Shown here: positions 43,280 to 58,154 of the stretch, piece after piece
How positions within the stretch are numbered: the first letter of the stretch is position 1
Layout of the letters: every line of letters begins with the position of its first letter
Assembly (NCBI GenBank): GCA_964016885.1
Contig: OZ024765.1
Coordinates: 6,076,001-6,140,000, forward strand
Source of the DNA: Eledone cirrhosa
Taxonomy: Eukaryota
Direction of reading: 5' to 3'
DNA length: 64,000 bases
Notes under the pieces: generated by a model
What the model was told of the DNA's origin: nothing
Databases searched by the model: none
The model's input: only the letters and a program-made list of their open reading frames with translations
Made by a program: the position numbers and the translations under genes

Positions 43280-45325
43280 TTAACCCTTTAGCATTTAAAC
43301 CAGCCATATCCGGAGAGAATTCTCTCACCTTTTTTTGTTCAAACCGGCTCTAACTGGCCACTCATACTGATATTAGGGTATTGTTCTGAAAATAAATAAC
43401 ATTGAAATCTCATAGATTCGATATTATGTGAGATATTATGTGAGGTAAAGCCTTTACTGTGAAAATACAATAGTATATATAGATTAATGTAAATGTTATG
43501 TGAGATATTATGTGAGGTAAAGCCTTTACTGTGACAATACAATAGTATATATAGAGTAATGTAAATGTTATGTGAGATATTATGTGAGGTAAAGCCTTTA
43601 CTGTGAAAATACAATAGTATATATAGAGTAGTGTAAATGTTATGCGAGATATTATGTGAGATAAAGCCTTTACTGTGAAAATACAATAGTATATATAGAT
43701 GTGAAAATACAATAGTATATATAGAGTAATGTAAATGTTATGTGAGATATTATGTGAGGTAAAGTCTTTACTGTGAAAATACAATAGTATATATAGAGTA
43801 ATGTAAATGTTATGTGAGGTATTATGTGAGATAAAAGCCTTTACTGTGAAAATACAATAGTATAATATAGAGTAATGTAAATGTTATGTGAGATATTATG
43901 TGAGGTAAAGACCTTTACTGTGAAAATACAATAGTATATATAGAGTAATGTAAATGTTATGTGAGATATTATGTGAGGTAAAGCCTTTACTGTGAAAATA
44001 CAATAGTACAAATAGAGTAATGTAAATGTTATGTGAGATATTATGTGAGGTAAAACCTTTACTGTGAAAATACAATAGTATATATAGAGTAATGTAAATG
44101 TTATGTGAGATATTATGTGAGGTAAAACCTTTACTGTGAAAATACAATAGTATATATAGAGTAATGTAAATGTTATGTGAGATATTATGTGAGGTAAAGC
44201 CTTTACTGTGAAAATACAATAGTATAAATAGAGTAATGTAAATGTTATGTGAGATATTATGTGAGGTAAAGCCTTTACTGTGAAAATACAATAGTACAAA
44301 TAGAGTAATGTAAATGTTATGTGAGATATTATGTGAGGTAAAAGCCTTTACTGTGAAAATACAATAGTATATATAGAGTAATGTAAATGTTATGTGAGAT
44401 ATTATGTGAGGTAAAAGCCTTTACTGTGACAATACAATAGTATATATAGAGTAATGTAAATGTTATGTGAGATATTATGTGAGGTAAAGCCTTTACTGTG
44501 ACAATACAATAGTATAATAGAGTAATGTAAATGTTATGTGAGATATTATGTGAGGTAAAGCCTTTACTGTGACAATACAATAGTATATATAGAGTAATGT
44601 AAATGTTATGTGAGATATTATGTGAGGTAAAGCCTTTACTGTGAAAATACAATAGTATATATAGAGTAATGTAAATGTTATGTGAGATATTATGTGAGGT
44701 AAAGCCTTTACTGTGACAATACAATAGTATATATAGAGTAATGTAAATGTTATGTGAGATATTATGTGAGGTAAAGCCTTTACTGTGAAAATACAATAGT
44801 ATATATAGAGTAATGTAAATGTTATGTGAGATATTATGTGAGGTAAAGCCTTTACTGTGACAATACAATAGTATATATAGAGTAATGTAAATGTTATGTG
44901 AGATATTATGTGAGGTAAAGCCTTTACTGTGACAATACAATAGTATATATAGAGTAATGTAAATGTTATGTGAGATATTATGTTGAGGTAAAGCCTTTAC
45001 TGTGAAAATACAATAGTATATATAGAGTAATGTAAATGTTATGTCGAGATATTATGTGAGGTAAAGCCTTTACTGTGACAATACAATAGTATATATAAGA
45101 GTATGTAAATGTTATGTGAGAATATTATGTGAGGTAAAGTCTTTACTGTGACAATACAATAGAGTATCATTGTTTTGTAGTTCAGTTTTCTGTGACTATA
45201 GTATAGAGTAATGTAAATGTTATGTGAGATATTATGTGAGGTAAAGCCTTTACTGTGACAATACAATAGTATATATAGAGTAATGTAAATGTTATGTGAG
45301 ATATTATGTGAGGTAAAGCCTTTGG
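43280..45325. mobile_element. Same TTAA MITE in opposite orientation, about 26 copies of the 72-bp unit; right end not seen
   Basis: TTAACCCTTTAGCATTTAAACCAGCC start; array is rc of 26290-28540. Confidence 0.85.
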
Positions 45326-45642
45326 TACACATTACTGTCAGAAACTCCTGTCTCACCTCTTCCACATGTTATTGTACATCTGGTACCACCTACACCAAGG
45401 TAACTTTGGTATAAATTACTGTCAGAAACTCCTGTCTCACTGCCACCATATGTTATTGTGGATATGGCACCACCTATACACCAATTTCTATACACTTTGC
45501 AGTTGATCATTGCTGTTTTGATATCAAAGAGGGTGGGAGCATACATTTTTAAATGTTGAGGTGGGACATGGTACACAAAATACTGGGAACCACTGGACTA
45601 GAGAGTGCTACTTCAACCAATATGTTGGCTGGCAACAGAAGT

Positions 45643-45893
45643 GAAGGCGCATGGCTTAGTGGTTAGAACATTGGGCTTGCAATCAAAAGGTTGTGAGTTC
45701 AATTCTCGGACTGGGGTGATGTGTTGTTTCCTTGAGCAAGTCACTTTATTTCACATTGCTCCAGTTTACTCAGCTGTAGAAAATGAGATGATAGGGACTG
45801 GGGTCCCTAACATTAAATTACCCAAGACACCTCCAACGAGATATACCTTGGAGGAGGCCAGCTAAACCTGCATAGGTGTGAGCTGTCACACAA
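45643..45893 (+). mobile_element. SINE family B head joined to an alternative tail ending in (CA)n (copy 58955-59220, minus)
   Basis: Same head as 31966; different 3' 85 nt shared by both copies. Confidence 0.7.
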
Positions 45894-46664
45894 CAGAGAC
45901 CAGATGATCTGGGAAAGTTACCTGAAAGGCACTGGCCTTCCTAGCCAGGGAGTCGTATACATCACACTTTGCTGAACACACATAAAAAGCTTTGTCAAGA
46001 GTCAGGAAGACATTCACAGTTTTATATTTACTATAGGGCAACAAAAAAAGAAAACCCCAAACAAAAATCGTTATTGACACGTTAGTTTAACTCTTTCTTG
46101 GCAGTATTTCTAATTAACTATGCTCTATTTTAATTCATTAATGAAGAATTTTGATGGATTCACAAAAAAATATTCCTGTTGAGGTTAACTTTGCCTTTCA
46201 TCCTTACAAAGTTGATAAAATAAAGTAGCAGTAATACACTGGGGTCGATTTAATCGATTACCCCCTCCCCTTTAAATTACTGGCCTTGTGCTTAAAGCAG
46301 AAACAGCTATTATTGTTATTAATGGTGGTAGACTGGCAGTATCGGGTAGAGCATCTGACACCATGCTTTGCGGCATAGAGTTACGGCCCTTTACATTCTG
46401 AGTTCAAATCCCACTGAGGTTAACTTTGCCTTTCATCCTTACGCCGGTCGATAAAATAAAGTACCAGTAACACAGTGGGGTCGATTTAATCGACTCTCCC
46501 CCCCCCCCAGAAACCATTATTATTATTATTTATTTATTTTGTTACTAAGATAGTAGCTTGATATATGTCTCTTGTATAAAATTGTTGGAGATTTTAATTT
46601 AAATAGGAACCATTTAACCCTTTCGTTACCATATTTCTAATGAAATATTTTGTATTTTAATTAA

Positions 46665-47523
46665 TTAACCCTTTAGCATTTAAACCAGCCATATCCGGCC
46701 AGAATTCTCTCACTTCTTTCTGTCAAAATGGCTGTAACAGGCCCACTCATACTTAAGGTATTGTTCTCCAAATAAATAATATCAAAATCTCATAGATTAG
46801 ATATTATGTGAGGTAAAGCCTTTACTGTGACAATACAATAGTATATATAGAGTAATGTAAATGTTATGTGAGATATTATGTGAGGTAAAGCCTTTACTGT
46901 GAAAATACAATAGTATATATAGAGTAATGTAAATGTTATGTCAGATATTATGTGAGGTAAAGCCTTCTCTGTTAAAATATAATAGTATATATAGAGTAAT
47001 GTAAATGTTATGTGAGATATTATGTGAGGTAAAGCCTTTACTGTGAAAATACAATAGTATATATAGAGTAATGTAAATGTTATGTGAGATATTATGTGAG
47101 GTAAAGCCTTTACTGTGAAAATACAATAGTATATATAGAGTAATGTAAATGTTATGTCAGATATTATGTGAGGTAAAGCCTTCTCTGTTAAAATATAATA
47201 GTATATATAGAGTAATGTAAATGTTATGTGAGATATTATGTGAGGTAAAGCCTTTACTGTGAAAATACAATAGTATATATAGAGTAATGTAAATGTTATG
47301 TGAGATATTATGTGAGGTAAAGCCTTCTCTGTTAAAATATAATAGTATATATAGAGTAATGTAAATGTTATGTGAGATATTATGTGAGGTAAAGCCTTTA
47401 CTGTGAAAATACAATAGTATATATAGAGTAATGTAAATGTTATGTGAGATATTATGTGAGGTAAAGCCTTCTCTGTTAAAATATAATAGTATATATAGAG
47501 TAATGTAAATGCTAAAGAGTTAA
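46665..47523. mobile_element. TTAA MITE with about 10 copies of the 72-bp unit
   Basis: Both TIRs and both TTAA present; nested in another TTAACCCTTT element beginning at 46614. Confidence 0.88.
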
Positions 47524-48815
47524 AAGATTATATTCTCAAGCAGAGAGATACTATAAAATATAAAACCGGGAGAAGTTACCACCGACTTCTATGAGGAACC
47601 ATGGGTGGATTTTTTTGGCAGGTTCTTATCGAAAGGGTTAAAATGGGTGGCTATATTTTAGGGTACCAGAACCAACTTTGGTCTGATAGCTAATGAAAGG
47701 GTTAACCAATACTTGAACTACAGATATTTAAGGGATCTTTTTTATTTTTATTTTTCTTGAATATTTATTTTAACTAAATACCATGAATCGGAAGAGTAAG
47801 TCGAGTGTCGGACTGAATAACAGTGTTTCTGTTGGCTTTCTAAACGTTCAGAGTTCAAATCTCGTCAAAGTCAATTTTGCTTTTCATTGCTTTGTTTTTT
47901 TTTTTAAGGGTGGGGGTGGGGGACAATAAATAATAAAGTACCAGTCATGTACTGGGTTAGGGGGAGGGATTGGTAGAATTGTTTAAAAAAAAGTCAGACA
48001 GGACGATTTGTGGTATCTGCCCTGCAGCTCTGCATGTTATTCTGAGTTCAAATCCTACCTCCTTTTGCCAGGAGTTGAGACCAGGAGATAATGTCAGCAA
48101 TGGGAACATTGTTTCCTTGGTCTGATCTGATGATCAGCTCCTTTCTTCTGCCAAGAGTTGTGACTGACAGATAATATCAGTAATGGAAAGACCAATGGAA
48201 ACATTGTTTCCTTGGTCTGATCTGATAATTGGCTCTTTTGTTTTTCTCCTTTTCATTTTAGTTAATAAATTTCTGTATTTCCATGATTTTGCTAAACGTT
48301 TGAGTGTTTTGGTTAGATTTGTCTTTCCTTGTTTGTTGGAAACTCTCCAGTTAATGGAGAGAGAGAAAGAGAAAAAAATTTCATCAAATACAATAAATTA
48401 TTATTTATTTCTTAACTGGTTGTTTTGATAATTTTATATTTTACTTATTAAAGATAATTAAAAAAATGTTTAAAATAAAAAAAGGGGGCAGGATCAAACT
48501 GGGGAGGAGGGAACAGAGAACTCTTCATCCCAGTCAAGGGGATGTATGTAAACTCTGCCCCACCAGCAAAATAACAAAGACACTCTTGTGGAGAATAGCC
48601 AGCAAAACCCTCTACACCAACCACTCCAGTCTAGTGGGTATATGTAACCTGTGCCCCACCAGTAAGATGACAGAGATATTGGGAGTGGAGATGAGCCAGC
48701 AACACCTGCTACAAAAACCAGTCCAGCTTACAGGGCTTCTTTAGGCAGGAAAGTACTCCACCAACCCAATTTGAACTTAAAACCCAGGTTTCATTTCTGT
48801 CACACCTCATTCTTC

Positions 48816-48855
<40 letters not shown>

Positions 48856-49363
48856 CATGTTAGGGGAGATTACCCTAGAACAAATCATTGTAGACTCGAA
48901 ATTCACACACAGGTATACTAAGTCATTGCAAGTTCTGATCTCACACACACGCATACATATATATATATATCTAGGATTGTAGGAAAACCAATTCATTCTA
49001 GGTTACACACACACACAGAAATAAAGTGTGACAGAAATAGAGTCCAGGTTGTAGGTTCAAATCAAACCTGAGTATTATTAAAATTGACGAGAAAAAAAAG
49101 AAGAAAAAAAACAGGGGAGATAACTCAAGAATGAGTTCGAAATAAATAGCAAGCATACTTGGAGCTTTTTTTGTCTAAGTCAACATAAGCTAACACATGT
49201 ATGTATAATCAGTGATAACCATGTGTTTATATGAGTATCTAAGACTACATCGTTGAATGTGTCCATTGTTTTAAAATGTAGCGAGAAGGAATGACCACAG
49301 TTTAAGCGAAACATTAACGGCATCTTTCGTTACGACCCTCTCAAGAGTTAATGGGCGAAGAAG

Positions 49364-49406
<43 letters not shown>

Positions 49407-50395
49407 TACATATATATACATATGTATGTTGGTGAGGATGATTTTGGATACCTTGCAGGACAAAAAACAAGACCTAACAAAGGGCAGAAGAACTCACAAG
49501 AGTCAACGGCCATCCAAAAATGTGTAAATATGTATATACATGTATACATGTGTATATATATATATGAGTATACAAGTATGCATGTGTATGTATATATATA
49601 TGAGTATACATGTATGCATGTGTATGTATATGCGCGCGGACATAGAAATAGCCGTTGAGAGATATAGCTAAGATGTAGACATTCTTAATGCACTTCGTAA
49701 TTCAAGGGATATTTGGCTGCTATTTCTAGCAAGAGGAACGTAAACGTTGAGAGATATAGCTAAGAAATACACTATTATTATTGGCAGTGTCGGTAGAGGG
49801 TCGAACACTTGCTTTGAAGCATAGAGTTACCACCCTTTATGATCCGAGTTCAAATCCCGCCGAGGTGAACTTTGCCTTTCATCCTTACAGGGTCGTTAAA
49901 ATAAAGTACCAGTAATACACTGGGTTATTGCGGCCTTGTGCCAAAAGTAGAAACAGTTAATAAGAAAAAATTGTATGGATCATATCAGTGATGGTGTAAA
50001 GAGAGTGATATCATTATATTTAATTATATTATCATATATTTTGGTAGTATCTATAAAATAATATGAGAGTTAAGAATGTGTTGAAAACGAGAATAATAAT
50101 AAAACTATATACATACATACATACATATATATATATATAAATATATATGTATATATAGATATACATACATATATACATAAGTATATATGTGTATATAGAT
50201 ATACATACATATATACATACGTATGTATATAAATATACATGCATATATAGATATACATACATGTATATGTATATATATATATATATATACATTCGTATAT
50301 ACACACGTATATATATAAATATATATGCATGTAAATATATATACATATATATATATGCATATATATATATATACACATACATATATATACATATA

Positions 50396-50996
50396 TAATT
50401 TGATGTTCAGATAAAAGAGAGATGAAAGATAAAATTAATTGTTTTATATATTTATTAATTAATATCAAACAAGTAAGAAATTACAGAGGAATAAATAAAT
50501 AAATAAAAATTGGAGTCGATAAAGAAATAAATAAATAATGGCGTCGATAAAAAAACAAATAAATACTAACGTCGATAAAGAAATAAATAAATAATGGCGT
50601 CGACAAAAAAACAAATAAATACTAACGTCGATAAAGAAATAAATAAATAATGGCGTCGATAAAAAAACAAATAAAAACTGGAGTCGATAAAGAAATAAAT
50701 AAATAATGGCGTCGATAAAAAAACAAATAAATACTAACGTCGATAAAGAAATAAAATTCTGCCTCTACATGTCCCATGATGCAACGGGGCAGGTAGCTAC
50801 GTTGACCTGTTAGCGACATCAGTTCCCTCAATTTTTCCGAGACGAAATTTCAAGAACGATAACTCCGTCTTTACTTAATCGCAAAAATGGCTACAAAAAA
50901 TTCCTGCAATTATTGTGCGAGAAATTGGAAGCCATTTTTGCGATTAAGTAAAGACGGAGTTATCTTTCATCTCTCTTTTATCTGAACATCAAATTA
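50396..50996. mobile_element. Foldback/MITE-like element with about 36-bp TIRs, internal about 49-bp tandem repeats and internal hairpin
   Basis: TAATTTGATGTTCAGATAAAAGAGAGATGAAAGATA and its rc at the ends; in (TA)n; relative at 56961-57700. Confidence 0.75.
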
Positions 50997-51737
50997 TATA
51001 TATATATACATATATATATATGCATATATATATATGCATATATATATATATATATATATATATGCATATATATATGTATATATATATATATGCATATATA
51101 TCTGCATTGCTTTATTGTACTACAATAAAACTCACCTCCTATATATGCATATATATATATATGCATATATATATATGCATATATATATATATATATGCAT
51201 ATATATATATATATGCATATATATATATATATATGCATATATATATATATATGCATATATATATATATATATGCATATATATATATATATATATGCATAT
51301 ATATATATATATGCATATATATATATATATGCATATATATATATATATATATATGCATATATATATATATATATGCATATATATATATATGCATATATAT
51401 ATATATATGCATATATATATATATATGCATATATATATATATATATATGCATATATATATATATATATGCATATATATATATATATATATGCATATATAT
51501 ATATATATATGCATATATATATATATATGCATATATATATATATATATGCATATATATATATGCATATATATATATATGCATATATATATGCATATATAT
51601 ATGCATATATATATGCATATATATATATATATGCATATATATATATATATATATATATGCATATATATATATATATATATATATATGCATATATATATAT
51701 ATATATATATATATGCATATATATATATATATATATA

Positions 51738-51771
<34 letters not shown>

Positions 51772-51812
51772 TATATATATATATATTTGCTAAAACAATC
51801 TCTATACGTCTC

Positions 51813-51893
<81 letters not shown>

Positions 51894-51962
51894 TATATAT
51901 ATATAAATATATATATATATATGCATATATATATATATATAAATATATATATTTATATATAT

Positions 51963-52020
<58 letters not shown>

Positions 52021-52134
52021 ATCTATATATACATATATATTTATATATATACGTATGTATGTATGTATATGTATGTATATATATGTATATTTATATATAT
52101 ACGTATGTATGTATATATGTATGTATGTATATCC

Positions 52135-52530
52135 ACTGCAGCCAAGGAAGTCCCTGGTCGTGAAGGTCCTCCGTACCACCGGATTCTGGCTTCTGCGGCC
52201 GAGTGTATATACATGTATATACATGGCTGCATGTGTATGTATATGCGTGGGGATATAGAAAAAAGTCGGGCTGGACACCCGATCGAGCGGTTAAACCACT
52301 GGGAGTGAAGGACCCCTAGCCTTTGTCAGGGCATTCTTCTAAGAGAAGGCAACTCAGGAAACTGGGAAAACTCCGATATAAAACCTGCGGCTCAGTAGTT
52401 ACCGATGATGTTGATCTTTTCTTCTTTTCAGGTTATAGCTACTGTCTCTCAGAGAGTGGGATTGGCTCAGTGCACAGTCTTTCCTCACTGTAAAAAAAAT
52501 CTTCACGCACAGGCATTGCACGATAGAATT
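52135..52530 (+). mobile_element. Dispersed repeat resembling an RTE 5'UTR (relative at 55915-56500, minus)
   Basis: Shared GACCCC(T)TAGCCTTTGTCA...AAAACTC.GATATAA.ACCTGC...GCACAGGCATTGC; family assignment is inference. Confidence 0.45.
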
Positions 52531-53053
52531 AATTGATAATTATCAATAATGTTACATCGTGCAATGGCCATACTCGATAACGAGGGAGCAGCCATCATGT
52601 ATGTAGGTATGTGCCATAAAGTGAGACCAATGGTTGACTAGCAGGCTGCTGTCGGAGATGCTGCTCATCATATCTGTGAGTCATGTGGAAAAGAAGGACT
52701 CAAACGATATGCAAAAGTACATGAAGTCCAACCAGAGCCAGCTATTGCCAGTGAATGCATTGGTTGCCAAATCTGTGGAAGATATTATTAATAATGGTAT
52801 ATCGTGCAATGGCCATAATCGATAACGAGAGGGCAGCTATCACGCGTGCGTGCATGTGTGGCTTAATTGTAAGAAACTCTCAGGCGAGCTGGAGAGCGGG
52901 TCTTCAGAGATGAAACCCCATCAAGCGAGAGTTTAGGCCCTCAATAATATATATATATAAAGTATTTCCGTGGAAAAGGTAAACGATAGAAGAGTGCTCT
53001 ATGTATAGTACAGAGCTATTTAATTATGTAATAAACAACACAATATAATTATT

Positions 53054-53120
53054 CCATTACCCAAGGTTTCACGAAGTTAGACGATTTTAACATAAACGTC
53101 TGCAATCGTTCATCAGATAG
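53054..53120 (-). ncRNA. Hammerhead ribozyme with extended stem II in hairpin element 52945-53192 (relative at 29860-29960)
   Basis: rc: CTAT-CTGATGA-ACGA..AGACG/CGTCT..TCGT-GAA-ACC ttg GGT-A-ATGG. Confidence 0.7.
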
Positions 53121-53192
53121 AAATCTTATGAACGATATCGTCTAACTTCGTGAAACCTTGGGTAATGGAATAATTATATTGTGTTGTTTATG

Positions 53193-53245
<53 letters not shown>

Positions 53246-53432
53246 AAAATGTATGACCCCAACGGCAGAGCTCAAGCTGTTTCGACGGTTATTTCTGGAC
53301 TGAAATAGCCATCGACACAGCTTGAGTTCTGCCGTCGGGGTCATACATTTTCCTATTACCCACACTACTACCCTAAGTATTGAGTACTCTGGTGCGTTAT
53401 GGTCCATCTGGTTCCTTACCACAACTCCTCCG

Positions 53433-53485
<53 letters not shown>

Positions 53486-53862
53486 TGTGATTTAACACGT
53501 TTTATCTGTGTAGGAAGAGGCTAACATACAAGTGTATAAATAAACTAGATATAGAATATATCTGTGAGGGTAAACACGACTGGGGTAGGCGATTCTGGGG
53601 TATACTGTTGGGTTATTCAGAGTGTAGATATTTTTACAATATTGCATAGTGTAGAAAAATACTAGATATACAATGGCAAGGCTTGCCGTATTTACAATGT
53701 CTGGGAGCAATGTACAGTATTTTATGGCCGTGAAGAGACAAGCCAGTACTTGTGATACGGTCTTTTATATATATAGGAAAATACTCTACTACCCTAAGTA
53801 TAGAGTACTCTGGTCCGCCATTCCCCACCCGGTATCTTACAACACCCACTTTGTTGTTTATA

Positions 53863-53893
<31 letters not shown>

Positions 53894-54017
53894 CGTAATA
53901 CTTGGGGAAGGTCATATTGTTGTAATATTGCCAGAAATAATAACAGAACACAATATGACCCTCCCCAAGTATATGTTTCGACACAAACACACGATTTCAT
54001 ATAAAAAATCTTGCAAA

Positions 54018-54114
<97 letters not shown>

Positions 54115-54914
54115 AGGTCTCTGAATAAAAAGTAGCCAACGTATTATAACATGACACGAGAAGTAAAACTTAACATACCTCTTTCTTAAACGTAATATCC
54201 AAAATATTACCGGTGTAATGATTTCATATTACCTGTGTATTTTATGTCCCGGTCAATTGAATGCAGATAAAATAAATTAAACTCTATGAATATCGTTTCC
54301 TAAGAAATAAAGGGTACCTTTCACATCATCAAAAGGAAAGAAGTGAATTGTAACGTCTTCTCTAGAGAATTTCTTTGAAAATAGTAATTTTCGCTCTGCA
54401 TAAAATAATCGCTGGACAGATTTTAAGGGCAAAACCAACAGGTAGGAGACCCAAGGGTAGACCCCCGAGTAAGGTGGTTGGATAACATCTATGAGCTTGG
54501 GTGGTCACGCTTGGGATCCAGCCAGATCAGTTGGAGACGGTTGTTTCTGACAGGACCTGATAGTGTGTGTGTGTGTGTGTGTTTGTTCTTTTATTTCGTA
54601 ATCTATTGCTCCGACAAATAACGTCGAAACTCTTTAAGGTGTTGCGGACAAGGGGTTTCCTAAGGTCGACGACAGATTAAAGGTAAAACTGTTAGAGGAA
54701 AGAGAAGAAGTGATCGTCATGTACAAAGTGAAAGGTGGGAGTGCGATGGACTCGAAAGACTTGAGCAGGGAATACCCGGGAACCAACTTCTGTACAGCAA
54801 AAACTGGGTGGGGGAAGTAGTGATTTCGTGTGGGATCTGTATAATTGGACACACTGTAGGGGTGGGTGGACAGACAGAGAGAAAGAAATGTTTGTCTCAA
54901 GCCTAGAAACTCAT

Positions 54915-55285
54915 CTTATTCAGGTTTCCGTAGCTTTAAGCGACTGGGCATACAAGACTCCCCCCTGGATAGGACGCCAGTCCATCGCAGAGTTAAACCC
55001 CCAGCTAATGCTGGTACTCATTTTCAGCTGAGTATAATGGAGCAACGTGAAATGAAGTGTTTTGCTCAGGAACACAACACACAACCCAATCCAGGAATCG
55101 AACCCACGACATTACGATCGTAAGTCCTATACACTTACCACCAGTGTCGGATTTACTAAATCACAGGGCCGGGTTAGCCAGTGAGACCCATATTCCGGCC
55201 AAAATATTTTTTTAGCTCCTTCAGAGCCCAAGTAAGGGGCCTCATTGGTCCTGAACCCGGGCTGCTTACCACTAGGAAACGCAAG
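54915..55285 (-). mobile_element. tRNA-derived SINE, family C, with a hAT MITE inserted in its head
   Basis: rc B-box GGGTTCGATTCC; CCAGTCCATCGCAG...GCTGGTACTCATT body. Confidence 0.7.
55142..55264. mobile_element. Small hAT-type MITE
   Basis: CAG...CTG ends with perfect 8-bp TSD CTTACCAC. Confidence 0.85.
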
Positions 55286-56851
55286 ATAGTATATTAGAAA
55301 ATAAAGGTAATTCAAGGCGTAGACATTCTTAATGCACATCTAACTGGCCTTCGTAATTCAAGGGATATTTGGCTGCTATTTCTAGCAAGAGGAACGTAAA
55401 CGTTGGGAGATATAGCTAAGATGTAGACATTCTTAATGCACTTCTAACTGGCCTTCGTAATTCAAAGGATATTTGGCTGCTATTTCTAGCAAGAGGAACG
55501 TAAACGTTGAGAGATATAGCTAAGATGTAAGAAAATTTAAGGAATGATTATAAGAAAAAATTATAGCTAGAAATACACTCTTATTATTGGCAGTGACGGT
55601 ACTTTGAAGCATAGAGTTACCACCCTTTATGATCCGAGTTCAAATCCCGCCGAGGTGAACTTTGCCTTTCATCCTTACGGGGTCGATAAAATAAAGTACC
55701 AGTAATACACTGGGTTATTGCGGCCTTGTGCCAAAAGTAGAAACAGTTATTAAGCTAAAATTGTATGGATCATATCAGTGATGGTGTAAAGAGAGTGATA
55801 TCATTATATTTAATTATATTATCATATATTTTGGTAGTATCTATAAAATAATATGAGAGTTAAGAATGTGTTGAAAACGAGAAGAATAATAAAACTGTAT
55901 ATACATACATATGTATGGGGGCTGCTAACTCGTTTTCGAGTACGGCCACTACATTATATCCATGTAGGAGAACCCCTACCGATGCGCTGAATGAGTGAGA
56001 CTTTTTAGTCCAGCCAGTGACTTAAAAACTCTGGTACAAACACAACACCTGTGACAATTATTGACACATAGTGCTGGGCCCATGGTACCATGTGATGACA
56101 AGTGCTGAGAGATCTCCAGATATAAAGCAATGCCTGTGCCGTGAAGCTTTTATAGTGAGCAAAGGCACTGCACAAAGCCAGTCCCATTCTCTTAACCAAG
56201 ATGATATTTACCAAAAAGATGAACAAGTCAACATCATTGGATACCATCAGGGTTGCAGGTGTTATATCAGAGTTTTCTTTCTAGAATTCTGCCTTGACAA
56301 AGGCTAAGGGGTCATCTCTCCAGGTGATTTTGGATGGCCATTGACTCTTAAGAGCTCCTTTTCCCCTTGACAGGTTTTGTTTTTAGTCCTGCAGGATGTC
56401 CAAAGTCACCCTCCTCACCAAGAAACCTTGGTTGGGTTGCCAGTTTAGTCGCCCGACCATGAGACAGGTTGTACTGGGACACATGTTACCAGTTGCACCA
56501 ACTGTATGTATACATATATACATACATACGTATATATATATAAATATATACATACTTATATATATAAATAAATATGTATATATAGATATACACTTATATA
56601 TATATATATATATAAATATATATATGTATATATAGATATAAATACATATATATATAAATATACATGCATATATTGATATATATAAATATATATGCATATA
56701 TAGATATACATACATGTATATATAAATATACATACATGTATATATAAATATACATGCATATATAAATATACATGCATATATAAATATACATACATGTATA
56801 TATAAATATACATGCATATATTGATATATATAAATATATAGATATACATAC

Positions 56852-56888
<37 letters not shown>

Positions 56889-56897
56889 TATCTATTT

Positions 56898-56929
<32 letters not shown>

Positions 56930-57824
56930 GCATATCTATTTACACATATATATATATATATAATTTGATGTTCAAATAAAAGAGAGATGAAAGATAAAAT
57001 TAATTGTTTTATATATTTATTAATTAATATCAAACAAGGAAGAAATTACAAAGGAATAAATAAATAAATGAAAACTGGAGCTGATAAAAAAATGGCTTCC
57101 AATTTCTCGCACAAAAATTGCAGGAATTTTTTGTAGCCATTTTTGCGATTAAGTAAAGACGGAGTTATCGTTCTTGAGATTTCGTCTCGGAAAAATTGAG
57201 GGAACTGATGTCGCTAACAGGTCAAAGTAGCTACCTGCCCCGTTGCATCATGGGACATGTAGAGGCAGAATTTTATTTCTTTATCGACGTTAGTATTTAT
57301 TTGTTTTTTTATCGACGCCATTATTTATTTATATCTTTATCGACTCCAGTTTTTATTTGTTTTTTTATCGACGCCATTATTTATTTATATCTTTATCGAC
57401 GTTAGTATTTATTTGTTTTTTTATCGACGCCATTATTTATTTATTTCTTTATCGACTCCAGTATTTATTTATTTTTTTATCGATGCCATTATTTATTTAT
57501 ATCTTTATCGACGTTAGTATTTATTTGTTTTTTTATCGACGCCATTATTTATTTATTTCTTTATCGACTCCAGTTTTTATTTGTTTTTTTATCGACGCCA
57601 TTATTTCTTTATTTCTTTATCGACTCCAGTTTTTATTTGTTTTTTTATCGACGCCATTATTTATTTATTTCTTTATCGACTCCAGTTTTTATTTTTTTAT
57701 TTTACTGATGGAAAAGATTATTAAAAGTATTTTTTCTTTCTTTTAAATTACAAATATGTATAAGGTACATTTTTTAACTGTAACAATAGTAATTTGTATA
57801 TTAAATAAATACATTGTTTACATA

Positions 57825-58154
57825 TACGAAGGTAGGCTTAAAAGTTTATAGACTGACTATGAAGGTGTGATGTTAGAGCTGTGAAATCTTGCAGGCATTA
57901 ATCTCAACACTTCTTTATTAATATCTGCATTGTTTCTTTCCAGGGACTATGTTGAAAAATAAACTTCATTTGGTCATTCCATGAGAGTATCATGGTCAGC
58001 CTATGAAGAGGTGATGCTAGAGCTGTGAAATCTTGCATGCATTAATTTCAACTCTTCTTATTAATACCTGCATTGTTCCCTTGCAGGGACTATGTTGAAA
58101 AATAAACCTCATTTGATCATTCCATGAGAGTATCTTGGTCAGCCTACCCTCGTA
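57825..58154. mobile_element. Tc1/mariner-type MITE with internal about 145-bp duplication
   Basis: TA-CGAAGGTAGGCT ... AGCCTACCCTCG-TA. Confidence 0.75.
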
